DNA from: a virus
Lineage: Duplodnaviria > Caudoviricetes
DNA length: 39,005 nucleotides
Direction: 5' to 3' (one strand)
IMG/VR virus record: IMGVR_UViG_3300038393_001017
Coordinates: 1-39,005 of that record
Part shown: piece after piece, positions 15,782 to 24,683 of the stretch
Position numbering within the stretch: position 1 is the stretch's first letter
How the letters are laid out: each line of letters begins with the position of its first letter
The notes under the pieces: generated by a model
What the model saw: the letters and a program-made list of their open reading frames with translations, nothing else
Database searches by the model: none
What the model was told of the DNA's origin: nothing
Position numbers and translations under genes: made by a program

Positions 15782-15927
15782 GCGATGCTCCCGGTTCGGC
15801 ACTGGCGGGTGACGCAGAGGTTCGGGGTGACCGTTCCCGTGGGAATGCAGATCACGCCGACAGTGACCTTCGGCGGCGGCGATGCAGCGCCGAGCACCAG
15901 CCAGATGAGGATAAGGCGGATTTTCAC
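15778..15927 (-). CDS. 49-aa peptide with signal-like N-terminus
   Basis: (M)KIRLILIWLVLGAASPPP...C...C...C; preceded by a TCAGAA motif; its stop overlaps the next ATG. Confidence 0.45.
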   Translation of the reverse strand: MKIRLILIWLVLGAASPPPKVTVGVICIPTGTVTPNLCVTRQCRTGSIA

Positions 15928-15973
15928 CGCCTGCGGTTATGGCTGAGCCTGAGGCTCGCTCGGGATATTCTGA
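15928..15973 (-). promoter_or_regulatory. Late promoter motif (weaker copy)
   Basis: TCAGAA-N26-CATAAC-N8-GTG(15927). Confidence 0.45.
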
Positions 15974-16251
15974 GGACGGGCCGGAAGTGCTCCCGTGTCC
16001 TGCACCGTCTTGGCTACCGCGACGTTCCGATCCTTCAGCGCAGCGGCGCCAGCGATCGAACCATAGGCGACTGCCAAACCACCGGGGAATGCGGCGCAGA
16101 AGGCCACGATGTCGAAATGGTCGCCGCGGGCCATCGCCCAGCCCTGGAAGGTCAGCGCACCAATGACGTAGCAGAAAACGCCAAACGCGCCGGTCGTGCG
16201 GATGAGCTCGAAATCACCACCTATGCCGCGGAAAATGTTGGTAATGCTCAT
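15937..16251 (-). CDS. Putative holin (two TM segments)
   Basis: Hydrophobic protein directly after the endolysin with ATGA overlap. Confidence 0.55.
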   Translation of the reverse strand: MSITNIFRGIGGDFELIRTTGAFGVFCYVIGALTFQGWAMARGDHFDIVAFCAAFPGGLAVAYGSIAGAAALKDRNVAVAKTVQDTGALPARPQNIPSEPQAQP

Positions 16252-16799
16252 GGCGCAGCATCCTTCCCCATGAATGCTGCGACCTTCTGGCGGAACGCGG
16301 TCATGTTGAACGACGGATCAATCTTCCTGCCAGGCGGAAGCGCATATTCCTTGTGCCCGACGCACATGATTGGAGCTGCACCAATGTGTTTCAGGATCGC
16401 GGCGCAGCCCTTGGCGTAGGCTTCCATCTGAACGTCTGGCCACGGGTCGCTGCCATTGCCCGCGTTCTCGGCTTCAATGCCGATGAAACTCGTGTTCCCA
16501 GCCGTGACGCCCTGCCATGTGCCGAGGCCCGCATGATTACAGCGTCCAGCCGCAACTACAGTGAATGTGCCATCTCGCGCGAGGTGGAGGTGCGATAGCG
16601 GCCCAGCCAAGTCCGGACGGCCATTGACGATCAGGTTAAGCGACGGGGCATTCCCCGTGTAAGGACCGGCAGTATGGTGGCAGAGGACGCCCTTGACCGG
16701 CCCAAAGGCTCCGCGACGACCGCGCGTCTCCCAGCCCGCGAGCTCGGTCACGTTGCAACCGCCTTGGCGCAGCACATCGGCGAGCCAAGGCACGCTCAC
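16248..16799 (-). CDS. Endolysin, N-acetylmuramoyl-L-alanine amidase (Amidase_2)
   Basis: Zn-amidase motifs CHHTA, NHAG, IGIEAE and GHKE...KIDP. Confidence 0.88.
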   Translation of the reverse strand: MSVPWLADVLRQGGCNVTELAGWETRGRRGAFGPVKGVLCHHTAGPYTGNAPSLNLIVNGRPDLAGPLSHLHLARDGTFTVVAAGRCNHAGLGTWQGVTAGNTSFIGIEAENAGNGSDPWPDVQMEAYAKGCAAILKHIGAAPIMCVGHKEYALPPGRKIDPSFNMTAFRQKVAAFMGKDAAP

Positions 16800-16999
16800 G
16801 GCCGCTTCATCTTCCCGAGCGTCACCAGCATGTCAGTGGGAGTAATCCCCGCTTCCCGGTAATGGCGGCGAAGCGTCCCGATGTAGGGGTTGTCGTTAGC
16901 CGTTACTGCGTCGGCCAAGGCCCCTTGGCGTGCACAGGCTCTTGTGAGGCTGTCCGCTGCCTCACCCTCGGCGCGGATCGCGGTCAAGAGGTCAGACAT
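16796..16999 (-). CDS. Hypothetical protein
   Basis: Coupled ORF in the lysis cluster. Confidence 0.55.
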   Translation of the reverse strand: MSDLLTAIRAEGEAADSLTRACARQGALADAVTANDNPYIGTLRRHYREAGITPTDMLVTLGKMKRP

Positions 17000-17210
17000 G
17001 GGGGCGGCCCTGGATCACCATCGACAGCGCCGTGAGGCTGCTTGCCAGCTTCTCTCGGGCTGCAATGTCGGCTTCCTCGACCTTGGCTCTCGCCTCAGCC
17101 TGTTCCTTGCGCTCCTTGCGGTCGCAGCTTTCGCGCCAGAGGAGATAGAGGATGAGCGGTCCCCACGGCCAATACTGGACAGCCTGGAGGAGAACTTGGT
17201 CAATGCTCAC
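16992..17210 (-). CDS. Single-TM protein, holin/antiholin candidate
   Basis: N-terminal TM (WPWGPLILYLLW) followed by a charged coiled coil; upstream of the endolysin. Confidence 0.5.
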   Translation of the reverse strand: MSIDQVLLQAVQYWPWGPLILYLLWRESCDRKERKEQAEARAKVEEADIAAREKLASSLTALSMVIQGRPHV

Positions 17211-17246
17211 CTCCGAGCTCCCCAAACAAAGGCGAGTTACGCGGGC

Positions 17247-17429
17247 TCATTGGCCGGGATCCTTGAACCGCTGGCCATAGGTAAAGGAACGATGCTTGGG
17301 GGCTGGGCCGGATCCATTTCCGGGTTCCAGAAGGACGTACATGACGAGCTTGGACGCGGCTTCCTGAGCCGAGGTTGGCCCGATGAGCGCCGTCTGCGTC
17401 AGTTTCGAGACTTCGATTTCGTCGGCCAT
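17247..17429 (-). CDS. Small tail-associated protein (60 aa)
   Basis: MADEIEVSKLTQTALIG...; TGATG overlap with the previous gene. Confidence 0.55.
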   Translation of the reverse strand: MADEIEVSKLTQTALIGPTSAQEAASKLVMYVLLEPGNGSGPAPKHRSFTYGQRFKDPGQ

Positions 17430-18442
17430 CAGGTGATACTCTTGACGCCGGGTTCGAGGGTGGCGACGGCGGTATTGACCCAAGCTGCCGAGGTGGCGGG
17501 ATCGGTCGCCCAGATGGTCTGGACAGGGGCATATCCGAAGCCCACGGCGATGTCGGACCCGCTGAAGTAATTGGTTCCCGCCGAACGGAGAGTCAGGCGG
17601 ATATTCTGCGGCCCCGCCGCTCCCCGTTTTGCGCGGGCCGAGACGCCAACGGCGCGGACAACGTAGCCCGTGAGCGAAGGGATTGGCGTCTGCGCGAAGG
17701 TCGAGACTTGGGCGGCAGTGCCGGAGCTGATGAAGTCGCCGTCCGCGTACACGGTTTCGTCGATGCTGGCGTAGGTCCCGGTCCAAGATGAGGTCGAACC
17801 GGCGCCGGTCGGAACGCAGGTTCCAAGGCGAAAGCCGATGGTGGTCGTATCCTGCACGATCATCTGGCTGAAGCGCGTGCGGAACGGGAAGCCGCCCGCG
17901 AAACCGCCGAGCACGCGGACCTTGCGGATTGAGGTAATCGCCGACAGATCGACCGTCTGGGTCGATCGGAGCGAGCTTCCGGCGTAGATTTCCGCCTTCC
18001 CGCTCACGCTGTTCACGATGAAGCGGAAGTCCATCACCTGGTAGGAAATGAGACCCGTGGTCTCCAATGGAACGGAGGAGATTGGCGTTCCGATCGCTGA
18101 CCACGTTCCCGACGCATAATGCTCGAGGACGATCGTTTCCGAGCCGGAGCCAGAAGTATGGTTCAGCCGGAGAACTGGAACGTCTCCGCCGTCCAGCCAC
18201 TCCATCGGGTAAGTGGTGACGGTTCCGCTGGAACTAATGTTGCTCCATAGGTTGAGGTGCGTCCAGCATTCTGTCAGCGCAGCAAACTGAGGCGTGTCGA
18301 CGTAGCTGTTGCCGAACAGTTCGATGTAACAACGGGTGAAGGCCGGATCGTAATTCTGTCCGCCCAGCGAACTTTCCATCGGCGACGAATCCGAGGGCAG
18401 GAAGGCGTCCATCTCACTGCCCATGAAGGCAATGGTCGTCAT
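17429..18442 (-). CDS. Probable virion receptor-binding/tail protein (beta-rich)
   Basis: Ser/Thr/Gly-rich 337 aa, coupled to the tailspike head-binding gene. Confidence 0.6.
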   Translation of the reverse strand: MTTIAFMGSEMDAFLPSDSSPMESSLGGQNYDPAFTRCYIELFGNSYVDTPQFAALTECWTHLNLWSNISSSGTVTTYPMEWLDGGDVPVLRLNHTSGSGSETIVLEHYASGTWSAIGTPISSVPLETTGLISYQVMDFRFIVNSVSGKAEIYAGSSLRSTQTVDLSAITSIRKVRVLGGFAGGFPFRTRFSQMIVQDTTTIGFRLGTCVPTGAGSTSSWTGTYASIDETVYADGDFISSGTAAQVSTFAQTPIPSLTGYVVRAVGVSARAKRGAAGPQNIRLTLRSAGTNYFSGSDIAVGFGYAPVQTIWATDPATSAAWVNTAVATLEPGVKSIT

Positions 18443-19083
18443 GCCGTGGTTCCGATGATGACACCCGCGATATCAGCGAGCGAAGTCGAGCCGGATGGAG
18501 ATTTGAGTTCGAACCGGTCCCCGATGTCGAAGTCCGCAGCGGTGCAGACAACACTCAAGGCACCGGACGTGTTGATGGTCAGCGTCCCGAATGAGATGCT
18601 GTTCTTCAGCATGTCGAAATGGCAGTCCGATCCCGGAACCGTCCCGACATGGAAATAGGCCGCGGCGGGGAGATCGGTTTCGAGAGAAACGGCAAGCCCG
18701 AAGACATGCTTCATCACGATTTGCTGGACGGCGGGAGGGTCGCCGAGGAACTGCGTGTGGATCAGGTAAGGCTGTCCGGCGCTGACGCTTTCGAGACTTC
18801 CCGCCGATGGAAGGTAGAATACCTGATTGCCGAGCGAATCCCTGACCCGGATCGAATACTTGCCAGACGTGAACATCTGGGCTGGTGAACCGGAGCGGTC
18901 AGGGTATCCGGCGAGCGTCCGGATCGGCTGGGTTGCGGTCTGGGTCCCGGCCTCGTCCCAATAGACCGTTTGCGGGTTGGTCTGAGGGTCCTGGTTCTCT
19001 AGGCCAATGTAGATGTAACCCAGCTCGAGGGCCAAACCGTCGAGCCCGAGGTAGATCGGATAGGGGTTCGGGATTTGCTGCAC
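18439..19083 (-). CDS. Short protein with P22 tailspike-like head-binding domain
   Basis: PYPIYLGLDG..LELGYIYIG..NQDPQTNPQTVYWDE......QPIRT.AGYP resembles the P22 gp9 N-terminal domain. It is only 214 aa. Confidence 0.72.
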   Translation of the reverse strand: MQQIPNPYPIYLGLDGLALELGYIYIGLENQDPQTNPQTVYWDEAGTQTATQPIRTLAGYPDRSGSPAQMFTSGKYSIRVRDSLGNQVFYLPSAGSLESVSAGQPYLIHTQFLGDPPAVQQIVMKHVFGLAVSLETDLPAAAYFHVGTVPGSDCHFDMLKNSISFGTLTINTSGALSVVCTAADFDIGDRFELKSPSGSTSLADIAGVIIGTTA

Positions 19084-19127
19084 GCCGCGAACTTACTCAG
19101 GCGCTGACGTTGCTCGTGTTTTTCTGA
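19084..19127 (-). promoter_or_regulatory. Late promoter motif
   Basis: TCAGAA-N26-TAAGTT-N6-GTG(19083). Confidence 0.7.
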
Positions 19128-19139
19128 TAGAGCGGGCGC

Positions 19140-19259
19140 GTGGGCTGGCGCACGTTCCTGTTGTTGTCGGGACTGATCCTGTGGCTGGTCCCGCGCCGAC
19201 CGCTGCGGCTGGCTTGCGTGTCCCTGTTACTGCTGTTGCTGCTGGTCGGGATCGGGTGA
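19140..19259 (+). CDS. Antisense 39-aa two-TM peptide (superinfection-exclusion candidate)
   Basis: (M)GWRTFLLLSGLILWLVPRRPLRLACVSLLLLLLLVGIG fills the gap between the last ejection gene and the tailspike-like gene. Confidence 0.45.
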   Translation: MGWRTFLLLSGLILWLVPRRPLRLACVSLLLLLLLVGIG

Positions 19260-21224
19260 GGCAGCCGCAGAGGACACAATGCTGTTGTCGTTCAGCATGT
19301 GCGACTGGAACGCCTGGATTTCGGTAGCAATCGTCGGGTTCCTGACGGCCATCGCCTTGACCCACGGCCGCGACCAGAAGGCAGTCGCGCCTTTGACGTT
19401 CAGCGGGGTGGCGGCGACTTTGCGGGCGAATGCCGGCGACGACAGGAGTTTTCCACCGCCGTACTGGAGCGCCATGTCGAGCATTCCGACAACAGGATTT
19501 GCCATCAGTGCGGGGACTGTATGAGTCGAAGCGACGACGCCGATCCCGGTTTTCGAGGTATTCGCGAACTTGGTCGACGCTTTCATTCCCGAGAGGACCT
19601 GGGCGATATCATCCAAGGCTGCCCGATGATCGCCGGTGAACAGGACCGATTTTGCCCGCGGACTGATCTTGTTCCAGTTGGTGATGAACTGAGCTGCGCT
19701 GAACACATTCCCCGTGTCATTCTGCTGGCCGGCCGAGGCTTTCCCCAAGTCGTCGAGCATCGTGGCGCGAACCGTATTGGCTTCATCCTCCGGCATTGAG
19801 CGAAGCGCCTGGGCTAGTTTGACCGGATCACCTCCCTTGTCGCTGGCCAAGCGCTGCATTGCCTCAAAGGCGCTCTGGGCTCCCTTGTTGTCGTCTTTCC
19901 CAAGGATGAGCGAGACGACGTTCTCAATCCTGCTCGAACGAGCTCGAGCATAGTTGTTCCAGCGCGTCCACGCGTTCTCGGCCTGTGGACCATATTGTTG
20001 GGCCGTGGCCCTGATGTCATCGCTCAAGGAACCGTAGAGAGCCCGTAGCTGCCCGATCTGTACCCCATCGCTGGCAAGCCCCGGTTGCCCGATGATCTGG
20101 CCTACGCGGGTACGGAAGTCGCGCAGATCGTCCCATGAGAGGCTACCGCCATGCCGGACATCGCGCATGATCGGATTGCCTGAAGCGTCGAGGAGGCCGG
20201 TGGCTTCCTGTGTCGTCTGAGGAGTGAGGGCGTCGAGGAACTTGGCGATCTTCGGGTCCTGGAATGCCGCTGCCAGCTTGGGATTGCTGCTGAACGACTG
20301 CGCGAGGTTGCCGAGAGCCGAGCGGGTGTTCGTCACCACTGCCGGTGCCGCTGGAGCAATCGGGATCTTGCTTTCCAGTGCGTTGAGCGTGTCCGCGGAA
20401 CTTCCAACGAACTGCCGCGCTCCCCGCTGTGCCGCCTGTCCCGCGCCGGTCTTGTCGGCAACCATGCCGATGTCACTTGCGGCCCGGTCTACCGCGGAAG
20501 CTGCCGAGGCGACGTTCTTCGCGCCCTGTTCAGCCAACGGAATGCCGCCGATGGTTAGAGCGCTGAGAGATGTCGCGAACTTCGATTTGGTGGCGTTCGG
20601 AAGGTCGCCGGCCATGAAGTCGATACCTTGACGACCGGCAGCATTGGCGAAGTCCTGATTGGCAGCCACAGGAGGCTTGGGCGCAACAAAGCCTTTCGGA
20701 ACTTCGCCAGCGATCTTTGCCGCAGCCCCCTCCAGAGCGGAGGTTGGCAGGGTAGCCGCCCCGCCGAGCAATTGCCCGATAAAGCTGTCTACCTTTCCTG
20801 CGGTCGTGTCAGGCGTTGGAACAGCGCTCTCGATTGCTCCCCCGATCGTCGGCGGGTTGGCCAGATCATGCGCGATGCCGTGGGCGTAGTCTCCGGCTTC
20901 GTTGAGCCCGAGGGCATCCAGTCCAGAACCGACCGCCGTTGGGATGACACTCAGGATTTTTCCCGCCGCAGTAGCGGCCATGTCCGGAAGTGCCGCGGCA
21001 CCTTGTACCACTCTCGCAAGGTCGTTCTTCGTCCGATCGAGAAGTTGACTGCCGAAGCTGGGTTCAGGAGGTGCCGTTGGCGCCGTCTTGGTCGTGACCG
21101 GGTAGTTTGAGGCGTAATGCGCGGCCTCGCGGGTCATCGCGTCCAGTTGTTCCGGGGTCGCGTCATCAGGAGCCTCGAACTCGTAAACGTGGCCGTCCGG
21201 CGCCTGGACCTGGAAGCGGCCCAT
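19227..21224 (-). CDS. DNA ejection protein (P22 gp16 position)
   Basis: 665 aa, Ala-rich and helical, with N-terminal QAPDGHVYEFEAPDDATPEQ; third gene of the ejection cluster. Confidence 0.7.
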   Translation of the reverse strand: MGRFQVQAPDGHVYEFEAPDDATPEQLDAMTREAAHYASNYPVTTKTAPTAPPEPSFGSQLLDRTKNDLARVVQGAAALPDMAATAAGKILSVIPTAVGSGLDALGLNEAGDYAHGIAHDLANPPTIGGAIESAVPTPDTTAGKVDSFIGQLLGGAATLPTSALEGAAAKIAGEVPKGFVAPKPPVAANQDFANAAGRQGIDFMAGDLPNATKSKFATSLSALTIGGIPLAEQGAKNVASAASAVDRAASDIGMVADKTGAGQAAQRGARQFVGSSADTLNALESKIPIAPAAPAVVTNTRSALGNLAQSFSSNPKLAAAFQDPKIAKFLDALTPQTTQEATGLLDASGNPIMRDVRHGGSLSWDDLRDFRTRVGQIIGQPGLASDGVQIGQLRALYGSLSDDIRATAQQYGPQAENAWTRWNNYARARSSRIENVVSLILGKDDNKGAQSAFEAMQRLASDKGGDPVKLAQALRSMPEDEANTVRATMLDDLGKASAGQQNDTGNVFSAAQFITNWNKISPRAKSVLFTGDHRAALDDIAQVLSGMKASTKFANTSKTGIGVVASTHTVPALMANPVVGMLDMALQYGGGKLLSSPAFARKVAATPLNVKGATAFWSRPWVKAMAVRNPTIATEIQAFQSHMLNDNSIVSSAAASPDPDQQQQQ

Positions 21225-23245
21225 TACTGGACCCTGCGGACCTTGAGCCCGCTCGGGAGTGTCACCCAGCCTTTTTCAACGGTCGGGACCGTCTTCGAAG
21301 TGCGGCCCGTCAACTCAGGAGCGCGGTCGGTCAAATGGCTATAGGCGCTCTGAAGGTTGGACTTCAGCGAATTGACCCGGTTCTGTCCGTCGACCGCCAT
21401 CTGGTGGAGGGCCGCCAGCTTCTGCGCCAACGGGAAGTTGCCGTCGATGACGTTCTGGTACTCGGAGCGCGCACTGTCGGAGAGCGTCCCCGCTCCGCTT
21501 GGTGAAGCGGTCACGAGACGCGCATATTCGTTGGCGGCCGTCTTGATCGCCACGTCGAGCTTGGCGATGTTCGGATCATTGGTCTGCCGCAGGAAGGTGT
21601 TCACAGGGATATTCAAGAGCCGCGAACTGGTCGACGGCATCTGCGATGCGATCTGGGCCACCTGTTGAGCGTTCTGAGCAAACGTTAATTCGTTGCCCTG
21701 AACCGTGCCAAGCTGGGTTTCTAGGTTGGAGATGTTCTTCTGTCCGGCCCGGTAATGGACAAGCTGAATGGCGAGGTCTTTGCCCGTCAGCCCTTCGGCT
21801 CCGGCGAGCTTGGCAACCTGTGTCATCACCTGGCGACGGTTTAACGCGGCGGCTTTGCCCATGCCGAACGAAAGCTGGCTCATCGGAGTGCCGGTGAGGA
21901 TTTCCTGCGCGTAGAAATTGACCGTCTCCGGGTCCATCTGGTCGGAGGTCGTGTCAGCCGGCCCTCCAGCGATCGGGCGCAATGCTCCGGGCTTGTTCGG
22001 GTCTGGCTCAAATCCGGTTGGCGGTTTCTCTGACCCGGGAGGCAAGAGGACATGGTAGCCTGGAGGCGCTCCAGACGCTGCCGGAGTACCCGGAGGCGCT
22101 GGAACGGCCCCAGATGCAATCGCGAGGTTCCCCGCGTCCCGATGCGCCCACGCCGCGGCATAGGGGTGAGTTCCGGAAGCTGGGTTGCTGGCCATCGCCT
22201 GGAACTTGGCTGATGCAAGCTCGACGAACTTCTGAGGATCACCACCAGACTGCGCGAGAACACGCTTCGCCAGCGCTGGGCTGCGGATATAAGCATCAAA
22301 GTACGGGGCTTGCAGATTGGCAGGAAGCTGGTCCGCTCCGCTCTGTGGCCAGTATTTCGTCGCGTAAATCTGTTCGGCCTGCTGCTGCGTCATGTTTTTG
22401 AAGTTGGCCGGGGTAATTCCCATCTGCTTGAGAACCGCGGCATTGGCCTTGTAATTGATCCCGAAGTTCGTCGGCGAGCCGTTCGCGTCCTTCGGGTTGT
22501 AGCCGCCTTCGTTGCCGAGAACGTGGCTGATCGAGGCTTGCATTCCGCCCGTTGCAGCTGCCGCGGAAGGCGTTGCAGCGCCTGGGCTGTCCTTCTCATA
22601 GATCGCGCCGTTTTCACCCTTCAGGAACGGCGAAGTCGCGACGACATTCCCTTGGCGGTCTAGCCGAGCCTCTCCGGGTCCCAGAGTATATTGCCCGCTG
22701 CTCAGCGAATTGAGCATCGAATCAATCTTGTCCGGTCCCGCCGACGTGGCGAGCACCATTCCCGCGATGCCCTGAGCCTGCTTGATCTTCGTGGGATCGC
22801 CGCTCTGGATCATGCCGATGAGGTTGTCCGTCACCTTGTCGTCGCTTCCGGCGTTCAGCATCGCCGTTTGACGATCCTTCAGCAGCGAAAGAGCAAGTTC
22901 CGGCCGCCCGTTGTCGAGCGCGGCATAGACCTGTGAGGCCGCCGACACGTCGCGCTGTTTTTCGGTTTCGCCGTACTGGTCCCATGCCGTCTTCAGACTG
23001 TCGTGCATCTCGGGATATTTGAGCAGCAGTGATCGGTAGCCATCGGCGGAAGGGTTCGCGATCACTTGCGCCGCGTCGTTCTGGTATTGCGCGGCTTGAA
23101 TGAGCTTCTGGACAGCCTGAGCTTGTGCCAGACGCTGCTGCTGCTGCGCTAGGTCCGCGTTCTGCTGCTCGATGCCAAGCGCCTGCTGACGCTGGATGGG
23201 CGCCATGAACTGGCCGAAGTAATCGGGGACTGCGGGAAGGTCCAC
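21224..23245 (-). CDS. DNA ejection protein (gp20 position) with internal GH108-like lysozyme domain
   Basis: Gln/Ala-rich. VLGNEGGY...TNFGIN...MTQQQAEQIYATKYW...ADQLP..LQ...FD matches glycoside hydrolase family 108. Confidence 0.72.
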   Translation of the reverse strand: MDLPAVPDYFGQFMAPIQRQQALGIEQQNADLAQQQQRLAQAQAVQKLIQAAQYQNDAAQVIANPSADGYRSLLLKYPEMHDSLKTAWDQYGETEKQRDVSAASQVYAALDNGRPELALSLLKDRQTAMLNAGSDDKVTDNLIGMIQSGDPTKIKQAQGIAGMVLATSAGPDKIDSMLNSLSSGQYTLGPGEARLDRQGNVVATSPFLKGENGAIYEKDSPGAATPSAAAATGGMQASISHVLGNEGGYNPKDANGSPTNFGINYKANAAVLKQMGITPANFKNMTQQQAEQIYATKYWPQSGADQLPANLQAPYFDAYIRSPALAKRVLAQSGGDPQKFVELASAKFQAMASNPASGTHPYAAAWAHRDAGNLAIASGAVPAPPGTPAASGAPPGYHVLLPPGSEKPPTGFEPDPNKPGALRPIAGGPADTTSDQMDPETVNFYAQEILTGTPMSQLSFGMGKAAALNRRQVMTQVAKLAGAEGLTGKDLAIQLVHYRAGQKNISNLETQLGTVQGNELTFAQNAQQVAQIASQMPSTSSRLLNIPVNTFLRQTNDPNIAKLDVAIKTAANEYARLVTASPSGAGTLSDSARSEYQNVIDGNFPLAQKLAALHQMAVDGQNRVNSLKSNLQSAYSHLTDRAPELTGRTSKTVPTVEKGWVTLPSGLKVRRVQ

Positions 23246-23986
23246 CTAGAAGCCCCAATTCACGGCAACGGAACTCAGCGGCTGAGGATTGAGAAGCCCG
23301 GGGGAAATCGCCTGCGTAGCGCCAAGATCGGGCGCAAGAATACCACCACCACCACCGCCGAACAGCGAGCCATAGTTATTGCCGATGAAGCCCGTGACGC
23401 CTTGAAGCGCTGTCGAAAGACCACCAGCGCTGCCGAGGATACCCCCGGCCCTTGCCGCGCCCTGCTGTCCGAACAGACCGGAAATGGCGTTGGCGGCACC
23501 CGCGCCCAACTGGCCCAAGTTTGCACCAACCGAGGCACCCGCTCCACTTACTCCGGCAAGCCTCGAGAATTGTTGGTCGATCAATTGCGCCAACAGGTCA
23601 GCGCGGTTGTTGTAGAGCGAGCTTTGAACGTTGCCGCCGCGAAGCCCTCCCGTTGCCGCGGCATTCTGGAGAATCGCCTGCGTCCCGGCGCGGTCCAGAG
23701 ACGCGAACTGCGGTGAGTTTTGAATACCGGTAATCGCGGCTTGCTGCGCGTCGTTTCCGCTCAGTCCCAGGAGAGCCTGAAGGCCGCCCAAGGCTCCCTG
23801 TCCTGCGGTGAGCCACGGCAGGAGGTCGGAACGCGACTGGTCGTACTCGCGCTGTTGCTCGGCGATGCCGAGTTGAGCCGCATTCGATTGAGCGTTGGCT
23901 GCCGAGCGCGAAGCACTTGAACCGATGAGGGCTGAGCCGATACCGCCGGCCGCGACGATGCCCGCTGCCGCTATTGCTGGAGGCAT
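23246..23986 (-). CDS. DNA ejection protein (gp7-like)
   Basis: Gly/Ala-rich; AQSNAAQLGIAEQQREYDQSRSDLLPWLTAG...AAATGGLRGGN pattern. Confidence 0.75.
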   Translation of the reverse strand: MPPAIAAAGIVAAGGIGSALIGSSASRSAANAQSNAAQLGIAEQQREYDQSRSDLLPWLTAGQGALGGLQALLGLSGNDAQQAAITGIQNSPQFASLDRAGTQAILQNAAATGGLRGGNVQSSLYNNRADLLAQLIDQQFSRLAGVSGAGASVGANLGQLGAGAANAISGLFGQQGAARAGGILGSAGGLSTALQGVTGFIGNNYGSLFGGGGGGILAPDLGATQAISPGLLNPQPLSSVAVNWGF

Positions 23987-24432
23987 GGTTTCTTCCACTG
24001 ATAGAGGTCGTAGGGAATTGGGCCTTCGCCGAGGTCGATGACGTGCTGTCCGCAGCGCTCGAACCCAGCTGTTCGGGTGTAATGCCTGAGACTACGGGCT
24101 CCTTTGCCAACCCGCGCCCACAGCCGTTCCATGCCGTATGACAGCATGTAGGCGATGCCGAGCGCGGCCATTCCGTAAGCTGCGCGTCCCCTGCCTTCGG
24201 GAAGCACCATGATGTGCACTTCGTAGGTTTGGGGAGCGGACCAGCCGAAGAGGAAGGCTCCTTTGTCCCATGCAACCGCATGGTTATGGCGGTCGTTGAC
24301 GAACGCCGATAGGTCGATGAAGCTCTTCCCATCCCCCCCACAGGTCGGGCGAATCTCCGGGTGGTTGGCGAGCGCGTTCAGTCGCTCAGCGTCGAACGTG
24401 CGGACCAGCGATGGAGCGGCATCGAAGGGCAT
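23971..24432 (-). CDS. GNAT-fold protein (P22 gp14 position)
   Basis: YEVHIMVLPEGRGRAAY...AGFERCG acetyltransferase-like motifs; sits upstream of the ejection genes. Confidence 0.65.
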   Translation of the reverse strand: MPFDAAPSLVRTFDAERLNALANHPEIRPTCGGDGKSFIDLSAFVNDRHNHAVAWDKGAFLFGWSAPQTYEVHIMVLPEGRGRAAYGMAALGIAYMLSYGMERLWARVGKGARSLRHYTRTAGFERCGQHVIDLGEGPIPYDLYQWKKPCLQQ

Positions 24433-24476
24433 GGCATACGGCTAACAGCCGCATGGCCGGTCAGCGTAAATTCTGA
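24433..24476 (-). promoter_or_regulatory. Late promoter motif
   Basis: TCAGAA-N26-TAGCCG-N6-ATG(24432). Confidence 0.62.
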
Positions 24477-24571
24477 AGCATCACGCTCGTGGCCGTGTTC
24501 ATAAGGTCGATGGTCTGGATGACCGCGCATGTTCCAGCGGTGAGCGAAAGCAGCATCAGGGCCAGTTTCAT
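24461..24571 (-). CDS. 36-aa hydrophobic peptide
   Basis: MKLALMLLSLTAGTCAVIQTIDLMNTATSVMLQNLR; lies between two TCAGAA motifs. Confidence 0.35.
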   Translation of the reverse strand: MKLALMLLSLTAGTCAVIQTIDLMNTATSVMLQNLR

Positions 24572-24616
24572 CGCCTCCGCTATGCGCGCCATTTCGGGAC
24601 AAATCGCGGTTTCTGA
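24572..24616 (-). promoter_or_regulatory. Late promoter motif (weaker copy)
   Basis: TCAGAA-N26-CATAGC-N7-ATG(24571). Confidence 0.45.
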
Positions 24617-24683
24617 GTCCAGACGGGTTAAATTTGCGGTTAAAGTACGTTAAGACTCTGACGCTCGATAGTTAGGGGGCGGC

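Noticed and set aside
19093-19365. Minus-strand 90-aa and 60-aa ORFs after the gp16-like gene
   Set aside because: They start inside the gp16-like gene, lack motifs and overlap a promoter; the plus-strand hydrophobic peptide explains the gap better.
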